Notes: generated from the sequence alone by a model not told the origin. 64,000 bases of DNA from Lentisphaerae bacterium GWF2_50_93 (GCA_001804815.1 MHBI01000088.1:12224-76223), one strand, 5' to 3'. Positions 51,705 through 59,536 are shown, counted from the first letter of the stretch. Made by a program: numbers and translations.

Positions 51705-52080
51705 CACATGTTGCTGGGTGGATTTTTTCCGCTCGGGAAAAGGCAGGACGTCCCAGTCTGTCAATGAATTCGTCAGAAACGACAATGCCTGCGTGTCCGG
51801 AATAATAATATCCGAACTTGTCTACGGGGCCATTTCCAACAAGGAGGCGGACCTGATAAAGAACGTCCTGCTGGGCGTGCATGTAATGCCGATCGACAAT
51901 TCGATCCTCATGAAGGCGGGTGACATGGGTTTCTCCCTCCGCAGAAAAGGATTCACCATTCCACTGACAGATCTGGTGATCGCCGTACAATGCCTGGAAA
52001 ACAATCTGGAACTCATGACCTCGGACAAGCATTTCAGCATCATTTCAGAACATACACCGCTGAAGACACACGGAATATAA
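51688..52080 (+). CDS. vapC: Type II toxin, PIN-domain ribonuclease VapC-like (130 aa)
   Basis: The N-terminus is MRVMVDTCCWVDFF... The PIN acidic residues sit in the expected spacing: VDT, IISELVYG, PLTDLVIAV and MTSDKHF. The start could also be the ATG at 51697. The track start at 51607 is a GTG inside vapB. Confidence 0.8.
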   Translation: MRVMVDTCCWVDFFRSGKGRTSQSVNEFVRNDNACVSGIIISELVYGAISNKEADLIKNVLLGVHVMPIDNSILMKAGDMGFSLRRKGFTIPLTDLVIAVQCLENNLELMTSDKHFSIISEHTPLKTHGI

Positions 52081-52207
52081 GTCAAGGCGATACTTTAGAA
52101 GAAGATCCTGTCCGTCTCCGCCTTGCCGCCGACCAGCTCACGCATCCTGATTCCGAAATTATGAAGAATCACATTCAAAATAAGGAATCGATTTTCTTAT
52201 ACATCGG

Positions 52208-52237
52208 CTTGCATGCTACCTTGCATGGCATTATAGT
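52208..52237 (+). promoter_or_regulatory. Candidate promoter of the padR-like gene; geometry implies a leaderless mRNA
   Basis: TTGCAT (52209-14), a 17-nt spacer, then TATAGT (52232-37). The ATG at 52245 lies 7 nt after the -10, with no SD in between. The direct repeat CTTGCATG occurs twice (52208-15 and 52220-27). Confidence 0.45.
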
Positions 52238-52244
52238 AATCTCC

Positions 52245-52577
52245 ATGATCAAGACCAATCTTTCATATTACGAAAACTGGATAGTTCAGGCCCGCAAGGG
52301 ACTCCTGGAGCTGATGATACTGAACCGTCTCAACAAGAAGGGGGAGTGCTACGGCTACGAGCTTGTCAAGGAACTTATTGCGATACCTGGCTCCGGGCTC
52401 AGCGAGGGAACGGTCTATCCGCTCCTCTCCCGTCTTCGTGTCCAGGGGCTTGTGAAGACTTCCCTGAAGGAATCGGACGAGGGGCCTGCAAGAAAATATT
52501 ATTCCCTGACCGGATCGGGGGAGGAGACGTTGAATCTTATGAATGAATACTGGAAGACTTTAATATCGGCAGAATAA
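52245..52577 (+). CDS. PadR-family transcriptional regulator (110 aa)
   Basis: The sequence is MIKTNLSYYENWIVQARKGLLELMILNRLNKKGECYGYELVKEL...SEGTVYPLLSRLRVQGLVKTSLKESDEGPARKYYSLTGSGEETL, a classic PadR wHTH signature (GYEL, G-x-x-YP-x-L-x-R-L, RKYY-x-LT). The longer track ORF from 51990 overlaps vapC and is rejected. Confidence 0.88.
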   Translation: MIKTNLSYYENWIVQARKGLLELMILNRLNKKGECYGYELVKELIAIPGSGLSEGTVYPLLSRLRVQGLVKTSLKESDEGPARKYYSLTGSGEETLNLMNEYWKTLISAE

Positions 52578-52592
52578 AAAGGGGATTAAGTT

Positions 52593-55247
52593 ATGGAATG
52601 GACTCCACAGGCCGAAGAAACGTTCGAGATACATCTTTCCGCCCATCTTCTTGAGATAAAGGACGCTGGCGCGGATCCCGAGGAGGTAAGGAGCGATCTG
52701 CGTGCGCATGTCGAGGAGACGATTGCCGAATGCGGCCGCAAGGTTGTGACCGAGGATGATGTCAGGAGGATATTCCCTGCAACCGGTAGAAAAAGCGAAA
52801 AGGCCACATCTGGAAGTACGGATGGATGCCGAAACAAGGAGACAGGCAGGAGTGAACCTGCCGAAAGAAAGAATTCAAGTGGAAAAATCCTTTCCGACAT
52901 CTCTAATATTTTTGTTGTCTGCTGCGGGATATTCCTGCCGGTAGCCGCTCTTCTCCTGGAACTGTCCACCGGAATATGCGGAGAAATGTTCTTCAATCCG
53001 ATTCCGACATTCTGGCATGTGATCATGGTCGCTTCAGTACCTATATTGAACTCCTGCATACTGTGGAGACATTTCAGAGGGACAACTCGTTCTCTCCTCT
53101 TCGATGGAATCGCCAATGGAGCAGTGATTGGTGTGAGTTTCTTCTATTCCCTCATATTTATCCCGTTGATACCGCTGGGGCTGATAGGCCTGCTAATCTT
53201 CGGTATCGGGATTCTGCCTCTGTGTCCGCTTCTCTCCTTGCTTGCCGCCATAAAGATCAGGCTGATGCTCAGGTTGAAGTCAGTCGAAAAGACCTTGAGC
53301 TTGTCAGGAGTACTGCTTCCCGCGGTCTGCGCCTTTCTGCTGTTTTTTATAATTGACCTGCCTTCATCCATAACATATTACAGTCTGGGCAAGATGAGTT
53401 CTGATGATGCAACTGCAAGGGAAAGGGAAAGAGCGCTAAGGCTTCTGAGAAATTACGGGGACGATGACATAATGCTGCGTCTCTGCTATCAGAGGGCTTC
53501 TTCGAACTTGAACATATATTCGGCCATATACAATTATTCCGGTAAAAACCTCTCGTCGGACCAGATGAGAAAGGTCTATTATCTGGTCACAGGAATACCT
53601 TTCAACGCTGTTAATCCTCCTAGGCTTAAGGGTTTGGCGAGGAGAGGTGACCGCGATTTCGACGAATGGGATCCGAATGTCGGAGGAGACTCGGTGGAAC
53701 AAAGGCTATCCAAGCTGAGTCTCGACAGTTCGCGCATAGACTCCTCGATAGATTCCGATGCAGGCGTGTCTTATACCGAGTGGACCATGGAGTTCAAGAA
53801 CGCGTCAAAATGGCAGCAGCACGAGGCGCGTGCGCAAATCGTCCTGCCTGAAGGCGGAATCGTATCGAGGCTCACGCTCTGGATTGACGGCGAGGAGAGG
53901 GAGGCCGCATTTGCAGGAAGGAATGATGTAAAGGCCGCATATAAGAAAGTCGTGAGCAGGAAACGGGATCCGGCGCTTATCACCACTAGCGGAAAGGACA
54001 AGATATTGTTCCAGTGCTTCCCAGTTCCACAGAACGGCATGATGAAGGTCAGGATCGGGATCACCTCGCCTGTGAGGATAAGCTCCGGCTCCAGGAACAA
54101 GGCTATTGTGCAGACGCCATATTTTGCCGAAAGGAACTTTGTCGTATCCAAAGATTTTTCCTCGAGCCTATGGGCCGAGTCGAAGAATCCCCTTGAACCT
54201 CCCGAAGGGTTCGAGATGAAAAAGGAGAAGATGCAGGACGGCACCTGCGCTCTCAGAGGGAATGTAAAAATCGATATGATGGAGAATTTCACACTCGCGG
54301 TATCGCGCAATCCCGAGATTGCCGGGGGCCTGGTGGAGAACAGCAAGGCCGGCACCTTTGTCATACAGGGCATCAAGGATGTTGAAAAGGTCAGGCGCGA
54401 TAAGTTTGTGGTGGTTGTAGACTGCTCCGGCGTCGTCGCGGGAAAGCTGCCCGAGATCAAGGCTGCACTTGAGGCATGCCCCGGACTCTGCTCCCTGGTT
54501 CTTGCGGGGGACAATGTATCTGTTGCCGAGAATGGCAAGGCGGTCGAATTGGCGAACAGTCTATCAAAGGGGGATTTCAACGGCGGATGCGACAATGTCC
54601 CCGCACTGGAGCGTGCCTGGGAAATCGCGGCTGAGGCCGGCAATTGCCCGATAATATGGATACACGGTCCGGCGCCTGTGGAGATTAGTTCGACCGCACC
54701 CTTGCTGCAGAGATGGGAAAGACGTCCAAACGGCCCCGACCTTTATGACGTACAGGTGCAGTCGGGTCCGAACCGCATCGCCAACCAGCTGGGTGAATCG
54801 GTGAAATATCACCATCTTCGGGGCCAGACGGATCTGAAGGCGGTCTTGGAAAACATCATTGACGGCGGCCATGTTCTGGACTGGTCCTGGAATGAAGAGG
54901 CTTCCTTCCCGGGGTCAGGAAAGTTAAAGAAGAGTTCGGACCACATCCTGCGCCTCTGGGCCGCCAGCAGGATCGATGGGCTCCTTAAAGGCAATGCAGC
55001 CGGGGCAAGGGAGAAGGCGATTAAAATAGCCGGGGACTATCACATTGTTACGCCGGTGTCCGGAGCCGTCGTACTAGAGAATGCCGCACAATACAGGGAG
55101 AGCAACCTGGAACCGGCTTCAGAGGATTCCATCCCAACAATCCCTGAGCCCGAGACTTGGATGCTTCTGGCCGCGGCCGCAATATTCCTGTTCATCATTT
55201 ACCGCATGAGGAAATGTGGGCTGGTTAAGAAAAACATTTTCGGATGA
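52593..55247 (+). CDS. 884-aa membrane protein: PadR-associated helical N-domain (HAAS/DUF1700-like), about 6 TM helices, VIT domain, vWA-like domain, C-terminal PEP-CTERM sorting signal
   Basis: It starts 16 nt after the padR stop. The N-terminus is MEWTPQAEETFEIHLSAHLLEIKDAGADPEEVRSDLRAHVEETIAECG. The hydrophobic block spans about aa 100-270. The VIT-like segment is IVSRLTLWIDGEEREAAFAGRNDVKAAYKKVV. The vWA-like segment is KFVVVVDCSGVVAGKL...IIWIHGPAP. The C-terminus is IPTIPEPETWMLLAAAAIFLFIIYRMRK (PEP codons at 55143-55151), giving PEP + TM + basic cluster. Confidence 0.8.
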   Translation: MEWTPQAEETFEIHLSAHLLEIKDAGADPEEVRSDLRAHVEETIAECGRKVVTEDDVRRIFPATGRKSEKATSGSTDGCRNKETGRSEPAERKNSSGKILSDISNIFVVCCGIFLPVAALLLELSTGICGEMFFNPIPTFWHVIMVASVPILNSCILWRHFRGTTRSLLFDGIANGAVIGVSFFYSLIFIPLIPLGLIGLLIFGIGILPLCPLLSLLAAIKIRLMLRLKSVEKTLSLSGVLLPAVCAFLLFFIIDLPSSITYYSLGKMSSDDATARERERALRLLRNYGDDDIMLRLCYQRASSNLNIYSAIYNYSGKNLSSDQMRKVYYLVTGIPFNAVNPPRLKGLARRGDRDFDEWDPNVGGDSVEQRLSKLSLDSSRIDSSIDSDAGVSYTEWTMEFKNASKWQQHEARAQIVLPEGGIVSRLTLWIDGEEREAAFAGRNDVKAAYKKVVSRKRDPALITTSGKDKILFQCFPVPQNGMMKVRIGITSPVRISSGSRNKAIVQTPYFAERNFVVSKDFSSSLWAESKNPLEPPEGFEMKKEKMQDGTCALRGNVKIDMMENFTLAVSRNPEIAGGLVENSKAGTFVIQGIKDVEKVRRDKFVVVVDCSGVVAGKLPEIKAALEACPGLCSLVLAGDNVSVAENGKAVELANSLSKGDFNGGCDNVPALERAWEIAAEAGNCPIIWIHGPAPVEISSTAPLLQRWERRPNGPDLYDVQVQSGPNRIANQLGESVKYHHLRGQTDLKAVLENIIDGGHVLDWSWNEEASFPGSGKLKKSSDHILRLWAASRIDGLLKGNAAGAREKAIKIAGDYHIVTPVSGAVVLENAAQYRESNLEPASEDSIPTIPEPETWMLLAAAAIFLFIIYRMRKCGLVKKNIFG

Positions 55248-56061
55248 CTGCGTGGCCGCATTGCTCCTAGCCGCGTTTTATCCTGTCTGGAAATACTGCG
55301 GGAGCCGCTGGATCGCAAATGATGAAACGGCCGCCTGCCTGCCTCTGCTGCTGATCCTTTTCATGTGGATCAGGAGGATGTACGGCATTGGGCGCCTTGG
55401 AGCTGGTGAGGACGCTGCGCACAGACTGGGAAGAGCGGACTTTCTAGCCATGTCGGCCATGCTCGGGATATATATTCTGGCATATCACCATACCTTCATG
55501 CTGCTGCGCGCGATTATCGCCTTGACGGTTCTGGGCATAGTATTCAGCAGGAGGCTCAAGGGCAGGATTATCGATGTATCAGTCTTCGGACTGCTTTTTC
55601 TGTCGCTGCCTGCGATACCCACCGCCCAGTTCTACTTCGGATATCCGCTGCGCGTGATAGTTGCCAAATCCTCGTCGGCGCTGCTCGGGATGCTCAGTTA
55701 TGACGTATCTTCATCAGGAACTTCGATCTTCTGGGACGGGAAATGCATTTCCGTCGATGCCCCGTGCAGCGGGATACGAATGCTTTATGCCGGAGTTCTC
55801 CTTGTCCTTCTGCTAGGCTATTTCCGCAATCTTTCATTAAAGGGATTGTGCCTGCTGGCGCTTGCCGGGACAGTGGCTGTCATCTTCGGCAATGTCGTCC
55901 GCGCCACAGTCCTTTTCTTCACGGAGACAGGCATTGTCGCATTTGGCAGGGATTTCCTGCACACAGCCATAGGCATATCGGTCTTCATCTGGATTGCAGC
56001 TGGAATCTACGTCATTTCAGAATGGCTCGTAAAAAGGAGAGAAACGTGCATTGCCGTATGA
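55216..56061 (+). CDS. Exosortase-family transpeptidase (polytopic membrane protein, 281 aa)
   Basis: The start is a GTG at 55216 and is uncertain; it overlaps the upstream gene by 32 nt. The protein has multiple TM helices. The exosortase-type N-terminal region is WIANDETAACLPLLLILFMWIRR. The catalytic-Cys motif is VDAPCSGIRMLYAG (compare the conserved CSG[LI]R of EpsH-type exosortases). Confidence 0.75.
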   Translation: MGWLRKTFSDDCVAALLLAAFYPVWKYCGSRWIANDETAACLPLLLILFMWIRRMYGIGRLGAGEDAAHRLGRADFLAMSAMLGIYILAYHHTFMLLRAIIALTVLGIVFSRRLKGRIIDVSVFGLLFLSLPAIPTAQFYFGYPLRVIVAKSSSALLGMLSYDVSSSGTSIFWDGKCISVDAPCSGIRMLYAGVLLVLLLGYFRNLSLKGLCLLALAGTVAVIFGNVVRATVLFFTETGIVAFGRDFLHTAIGISVFIWIAAGIYVISEWLVKRRETCIAV

Positions 56062-56564
56062 CATTTGTCTTTTTCTGCATCATCGCGGCCGTCATTCCGC
56101 TGCTAGATGACGGAAGAAACCTGGAAAATCCAGCGGTAGATGGCGATATTGTCTTCCCCGAAGGAATTGAGATTGGAACGATGTCGGAAATAGGGCTTTC
56201 GTCGAAGGAAAAGATTTTCTTCAGCAAATTTCCCGGGAAAGCCGCCAAATTCAGCGATGGAACACGCACGATGATATTGAGGACCGTCAACACTCCCACT
56301 CGCCTCCTTCATCCCGCAATGGAGTGCTTCAGGGGAATGGGATATTCGACCTCCGGAAACGGAATCCAGCTGGACTCGCGGAAAAGGATGTGGGGGGTGT
56401 TTTCTGCTTCACATCCAGATGGCGGAGCATATAGGGTCAGGGAGATAGTCTTTGATTCCGAAGGGAAGTCATGGAGCGACATCTCTGCCTGGTACTGGAA
56501 TGCCGAGTTTTCTCTCAGTACCGGTCCGTGGACTTCGGTTTTAACGGTTGAAAAGGTCGAATGA
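56058..56564 (+). CDS. EpsI-like exosortase-associated protein (168 aa, N-terminal membrane anchor)
   Basis: The ATG at 56058 overlaps the exosortase TGA (ATGA at 56058-61). The anchor is MTFVFFCIIAAVIPLL. The segment LLHPAMECFRGMGY resembles the H-x-P-x-x-C-[LF]-x-G-x-G-[WY] core of the EpsI family. The track's longer N-terminal extension from 55743 lies inside the exosortase gene. Confidence 0.55.
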   Translation: MTFVFFCIIAAVIPLLDDGRNLENPAVDGDIVFPEGIEIGTMSEIGLSSKEKIFFSKFPGKAAKFSDGTRTMILRTVNTPTRLLHPAMECFRGMGYSTSGNGIQLDSRKRMWGVFSASHPDGGAYRVREIVFDSEGKSWSDISAWYWNAEFSLSTGPWTSVLTVEKVE

Positions 56565-56698
56565 CCGCTCCACCTGAGCCAGGAAACCCCTGGGTCTTTC
56601 AGGTATTATTCCCGGCTCCAGACTGGATTCCGGCTTTTAGCGTCGGAACAACGAAACGGATCCTCGGAGACCAGCAATTGCAGGACATGCCAATCAAT

Positions 56699-56803
56699 TT
56701 CCACAATATGGAAATTATTGCCTTATATTTCCATACCGTGTTGACCACAGCTCCTTATAGGCGTATAATTTCCTTATTAAAGAATTATTTCCACAATATG
56801 GAA
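56699..56803 (+). promoter_or_regulatory. Strong sigma70-type promoter bracketed by two identical TTCCACAATATGGAA sites
   Basis: TTGACC (56741-46), a 17-nt spacer, then TATAAT (56764-69). The 17-mer atttccacaatatggaa occurs at 56697-56713 and 56787-56803, 90 bp apart. Its core is the inverted repeat TTCCA-N5-TGGAA. One site is upstream of the -35 and one is in the early transcribed region. Confidence 0.6.
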
Positions 56804-56805
56804 TA

Positions 56806-56860
56806 AAGTATGTCGGGTTTTAACCCGGCGATTAATTGGCGGTTTAAAAACCGCCATACT
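56806..56860 (+). repeat. Twin-hairpin REP-like module in the 5' leader of the fused Fe-S gene
   Basis: aagtatgtcgggttttaacccggcgattaattggcggtttaaaaaccgccatact is the same module as in 2037-2097 and 5686-5746, but here it lacks the flanking GTTAAGCTGG inverted repeats. It ends 1 nt before the AAAGGAGA RBS. Confidence 0.85.
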
Positions 56861-56874
56861 AAAGGAGAAATGCC

Positions 56875-59238
56875 ATGAACAGGATACTGACAGAGAAGAT
56901 AAAGGCTGAAATGCTGAACTTTGGAATGGATCTTGTAGGATTCGGCCCGGTCGACAGATGGAAGAACGCCCCTTATCTGCTCAGCCCGCAGGCCATCCTG
57001 CCTGAGGCGAAGACGGTGGTCGTCGGGGCGATCCATATTACCGACACCTGGTCTGAGATGGGGGGCGAACCCGAACCCCAGGACCGCAGTCCCGGCGGCT
57101 GGATGGACCAGAACGGCCTGCTTGACAGGACCGCCTACCGGATCGTCCGCATGCTGAACGACCACGGGCAGCAGGCGATCGGCGTGGCAAGCTCAAATAT
57201 CTGGCGCTACCGCCAGTACGAAGGGATTCCCAGCCTCTTTGCTCCGGATCTTTCGCACATTCACGCGGCGACGGCAGCCGGTCTTGCTGAAATCGGCTGG
57301 TGCGGCCTGGCGATCACCCCGGAATTCGGCAGCCGCTGCCGTTTCATCTCGATAGTAACCGATGCCGAACTTGTGCCGACCCCGATGTACGACGGACCTA
57401 AGCTCTGCGACATGTGCGGCGAATGCATAAGCCACTGTCCGTCACTCGCAATGAAAAAGGACATGAACACCAAGGCACCCCATGTAGTCGAGATCGGCGG
57501 CAAGACCTACAAATACGCGAACAAGAACATCTGGCGCTGCGCCTGGGCTGAACACTTCAATCTGGACCTGAACTCCGATACCTTGAAGAAGGAAGCCCAT
57601 ATTGACGAAAAGACCATCATAAATGAACTCCATACCAAAGGGGTGCGTGGACATGAACGCGGCGTCTGCCAGAAATACTGCGTCCCTCCGCACCTGCGGA
57701 CAGACAAGAAGAGTTTCGGACGCGACAAGATGATTGCGCAGAACCGCATCAACCAGCGCTATCCTGATTCAATGCCTACTCTCAGGAAAATGCGCGACGA
57801 CGTGATCGCACGTGCAGTGGAGCTTGGGATTGACATTGCCGCTGTGGCGCCGCTCCAGCCGGATACCGATGCCGGACGGCTTGCGCTGAAGGATGCGCCC
57901 GGAGTACGCACAGTATTTTCGTTCGCATACCGGATCCCGCCGGAAGCCAGGAGGAAAGACCTTCCCCAGAAGTGCGGAGAGGCATACGGTTATCCTGTTT
58001 CCTTGAAAATGCATCAGGCGCTCCTGCGTCTTGCCAGGATGATCGAAGATTATGGCTACAGTGCCGCATCATATACCGAATCATGGCAGGAAAGCGCCCC
58101 TGCCCTGGCCGCGATGACCGATCTCGGTAAAATCGAAAACGGCGAGTTCATCACACCGGAATTCGGACGCAACCAGTTCATCGGCGCAATAACGACCAGC
58201 GCGCCAGTGGATGCGTCGAACCGTCTTTCCGGCAAGCTTGAAATAGACCGTCCTTCAAAACTTGAGGGCAAAGCGCTACGACGGAAACTCGAGGTTATAG
58301 CTGAAAACAATCTTATCAGCATGTTCGGAGTTTCTCCTGCCGTCCGCCTTGATCCGGTGGCGGATCAGCTGAAGAAGTCTGTTGATGAAAAACAGCTTGG
58401 CAAACGGATCATCGACGGCAACCGCAAACTTTCCTATCACGGGGCATTCATTCCGGAAATTACCGAGGAAGATGTAAAAATCAGGAAACCTTCGGACTTG
58501 ATGAAAGGGGCGAAGTCGGTCATCGTTATGGGAATGCATTACCCCGACGAGTTGATCCGCAACGCAGGTCTTGAAAAAAGCCAGCAGATCGGATGTTATA
58601 ACTTCCACCAGTACCAGACACGCTGGGAACTGTCTTTTGCCGCACTTGAACTTGCCAACTACCTTGACAAGATGGGCTACAAGTCCATGATCACCGAAAA
58701 CCTGCTCGGGATAGGATCCTATACCGACTCGCCGCGCGGTCCGTTGCCGGACATGCGGTGCAATGCTCTTGAAGCGGTTGCGGCTGGATTGGGCGAGATA
58801 GGCGGCAGCGGAGCTCTTCTGACGAAGGCGCATGGCCCGCATCAGCGCTGCATCTGCATCGTCACCGATGCGGAATTGAATTACGATGAGCCGTTGGAAG
58901 CCGCCGGCGTCTGCCGCAAATGCAAGGTCTGCGCGGAGAAATGCCCGATGGACGCCATCACCGGCAAGAGCATGAAGCTTGATGTAGGCGGGTTGACGGT
59001 GGATTATCCGTTGATTCCGCGCCATCGCTGCGACTGGGCGAAGCGCTACAGCCTCCATCCGGATGAAGGTCCGGCGCTGATCGGCAACAATACCCGTGCG
59101 GAAATCCCTAAGGGTGAAATCAGCATCGAACAGCTGGCAGAAGGATGCAAGGCCAAGGATCCGATCATGAAGTCCAGGACCTGCATACTGGAGCCCTGCC
59201 TGCGGAACTGTCCGGCGGGAATGCGCGCCGGCAAGTAG
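56875..59238 (+). CDS. Tandem-fused double QueG/RdhA-superfamily-like iron-sulfur protein (787 aa)
   Basis: Module 1 has NFGMDLVGFGPVDRW...EAKTVVVGA, AAGLAEIGWCGLAITPEFGSRCRFISIVTDAEL and CDMCGECISHCPSLAM. Module 2 has ELGIDIAAVAPL..., GAKSVIVMGM, AAGLGEIGGSGALLTKAHGPHQRCICIVTDAEL and CRKCKVCAEKCPMDAI, plus CILEPCLRNCP. Confidence 0.6.
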   Translation: MNRILTEKIKAEMLNFGMDLVGFGPVDRWKNAPYLLSPQAILPEAKTVVVGAIHITDTWSEMGGEPEPQDRSPGGWMDQNGLLDRTAYRIVRMLNDHGQQAIGVASSNIWRYRQYEGIPSLFAPDLSHIHAATAAGLAEIGWCGLAITPEFGSRCRFISIVTDAELVPTPMYDGPKLCDMCGECISHCPSLAMKKDMNTKAPHVVEIGGKTYKYANKNIWRCAWAEHFNLDLNSDTLKKEAHIDEKTIINELHTKGVRGHERGVCQKYCVPPHLRTDKKSFGRDKMIAQNRINQRYPDSMPTLRKMRDDVIARAVELGIDIAAVAPLQPDTDAGRLALKDAPGVRTVFSFAYRIPPEARRKDLPQKCGEAYGYPVSLKMHQALLRLARMIEDYGYSAASYTESWQESAPALAAMTDLGKIENGEFITPEFGRNQFIGAITTSAPVDASNRLSGKLEIDRPSKLEGKALRRKLEVIAENNLISMFGVSPAVRLDPVADQLKKSVDEKQLGKRIIDGNRKLSYHGAFIPEITEEDVKIRKPSDLMKGAKSVIVMGMHYPDELIRNAGLEKSQQIGCYNFHQYQTRWELSFAALELANYLDKMGYKSMITENLLGIGSYTDSPRGPLPDMRCNALEAVAAGLGEIGGSGALLTKAHGPHQRCICIVTDAELNYDEPLEAAGVCRKCKVCAEKCPMDAITGKSMKLDVGGLTVDYPLIPRHRCDWAKRYSLHPDEGPALIGNNTRAEIPKGEISIEQLAEGCKAKDPIMKSRTCILEPCLRNCPAGMRAGK

Positions 59239-59256
59239 GCAAAGTTATAGGAAAAC

Positions 59257-59293
59257 AACGCCGGACGGACCTGATGGTCCGTCCGGCGTTTTC
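59257..59293. terminator. Hairpin terminator between the convergent genes
   Basis: aacgccggacggacc-tgat-ggtccgtccggcgtttt: a 15-bp perfect stem and a short T tract, 18 nt after the stop at 59238. Confidence 0.7.
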
Positions 59294-59387
59294 ACATTTG
59301 CATCTTTGGATTACTCTGGAGAGATTGAGTAAATAACACAGCCAATAATAGCTTACTAATAATCCCATAATTATATTGACATCTTGG

Positions 59388-59439
59388 TGGGGACGGCTCG
59401 TCGAGCCGTCCGCGGCGCTCTCGGCGAGAGCGCCCTACC
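59388..59439. repeat. Twin GC-hairpin repeat (GGTAGGG-type terminus)
   Basis: ggggacggctcgtcgagccgtcc + gcggcgctctcggcgagagcgccctacc. The reverse complement begins ggtagggcgctctc... and resembles ggtagggatggctctccgagccgtcc at 21341-21366. Confidence 0.6.
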
Positions 59440-59536
59440 TTTTTTGTAAATACTATTTCGAGACTATTAGTAACTACAAACAAAAGACAAGAGATAAATT
59501 ATAACTATATTCCATGTATCCAATCTACTGGCGGGC

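Noticed and set aside
51990-52244. N-terminal 85-aa extension of the PadR ORF, and the 55743-56057 extension of the EpsI-like ORF
   Set aside because: Both extensions overlap upstream, well-supported genes (vapC and the exosortase) in another frame. Internal ATGs give full-length family-typical proteins.
56561-56806. 81-aa ORF overlapping the EpsI-like stop by ATGA (MTAPPEPGNPW...FHNME...FHNME)
   Set aside because: It spans the promoter and both TTCCACAATATGGAA sites of the next gene, and the repeated FHNME is simply those sites translated. It has no RBS and no domain. The N-terminal PEP tripeptide is not in a C-terminal sorting context. It probably does not code for protein, though the ATGA overlap keeps a small doubt.
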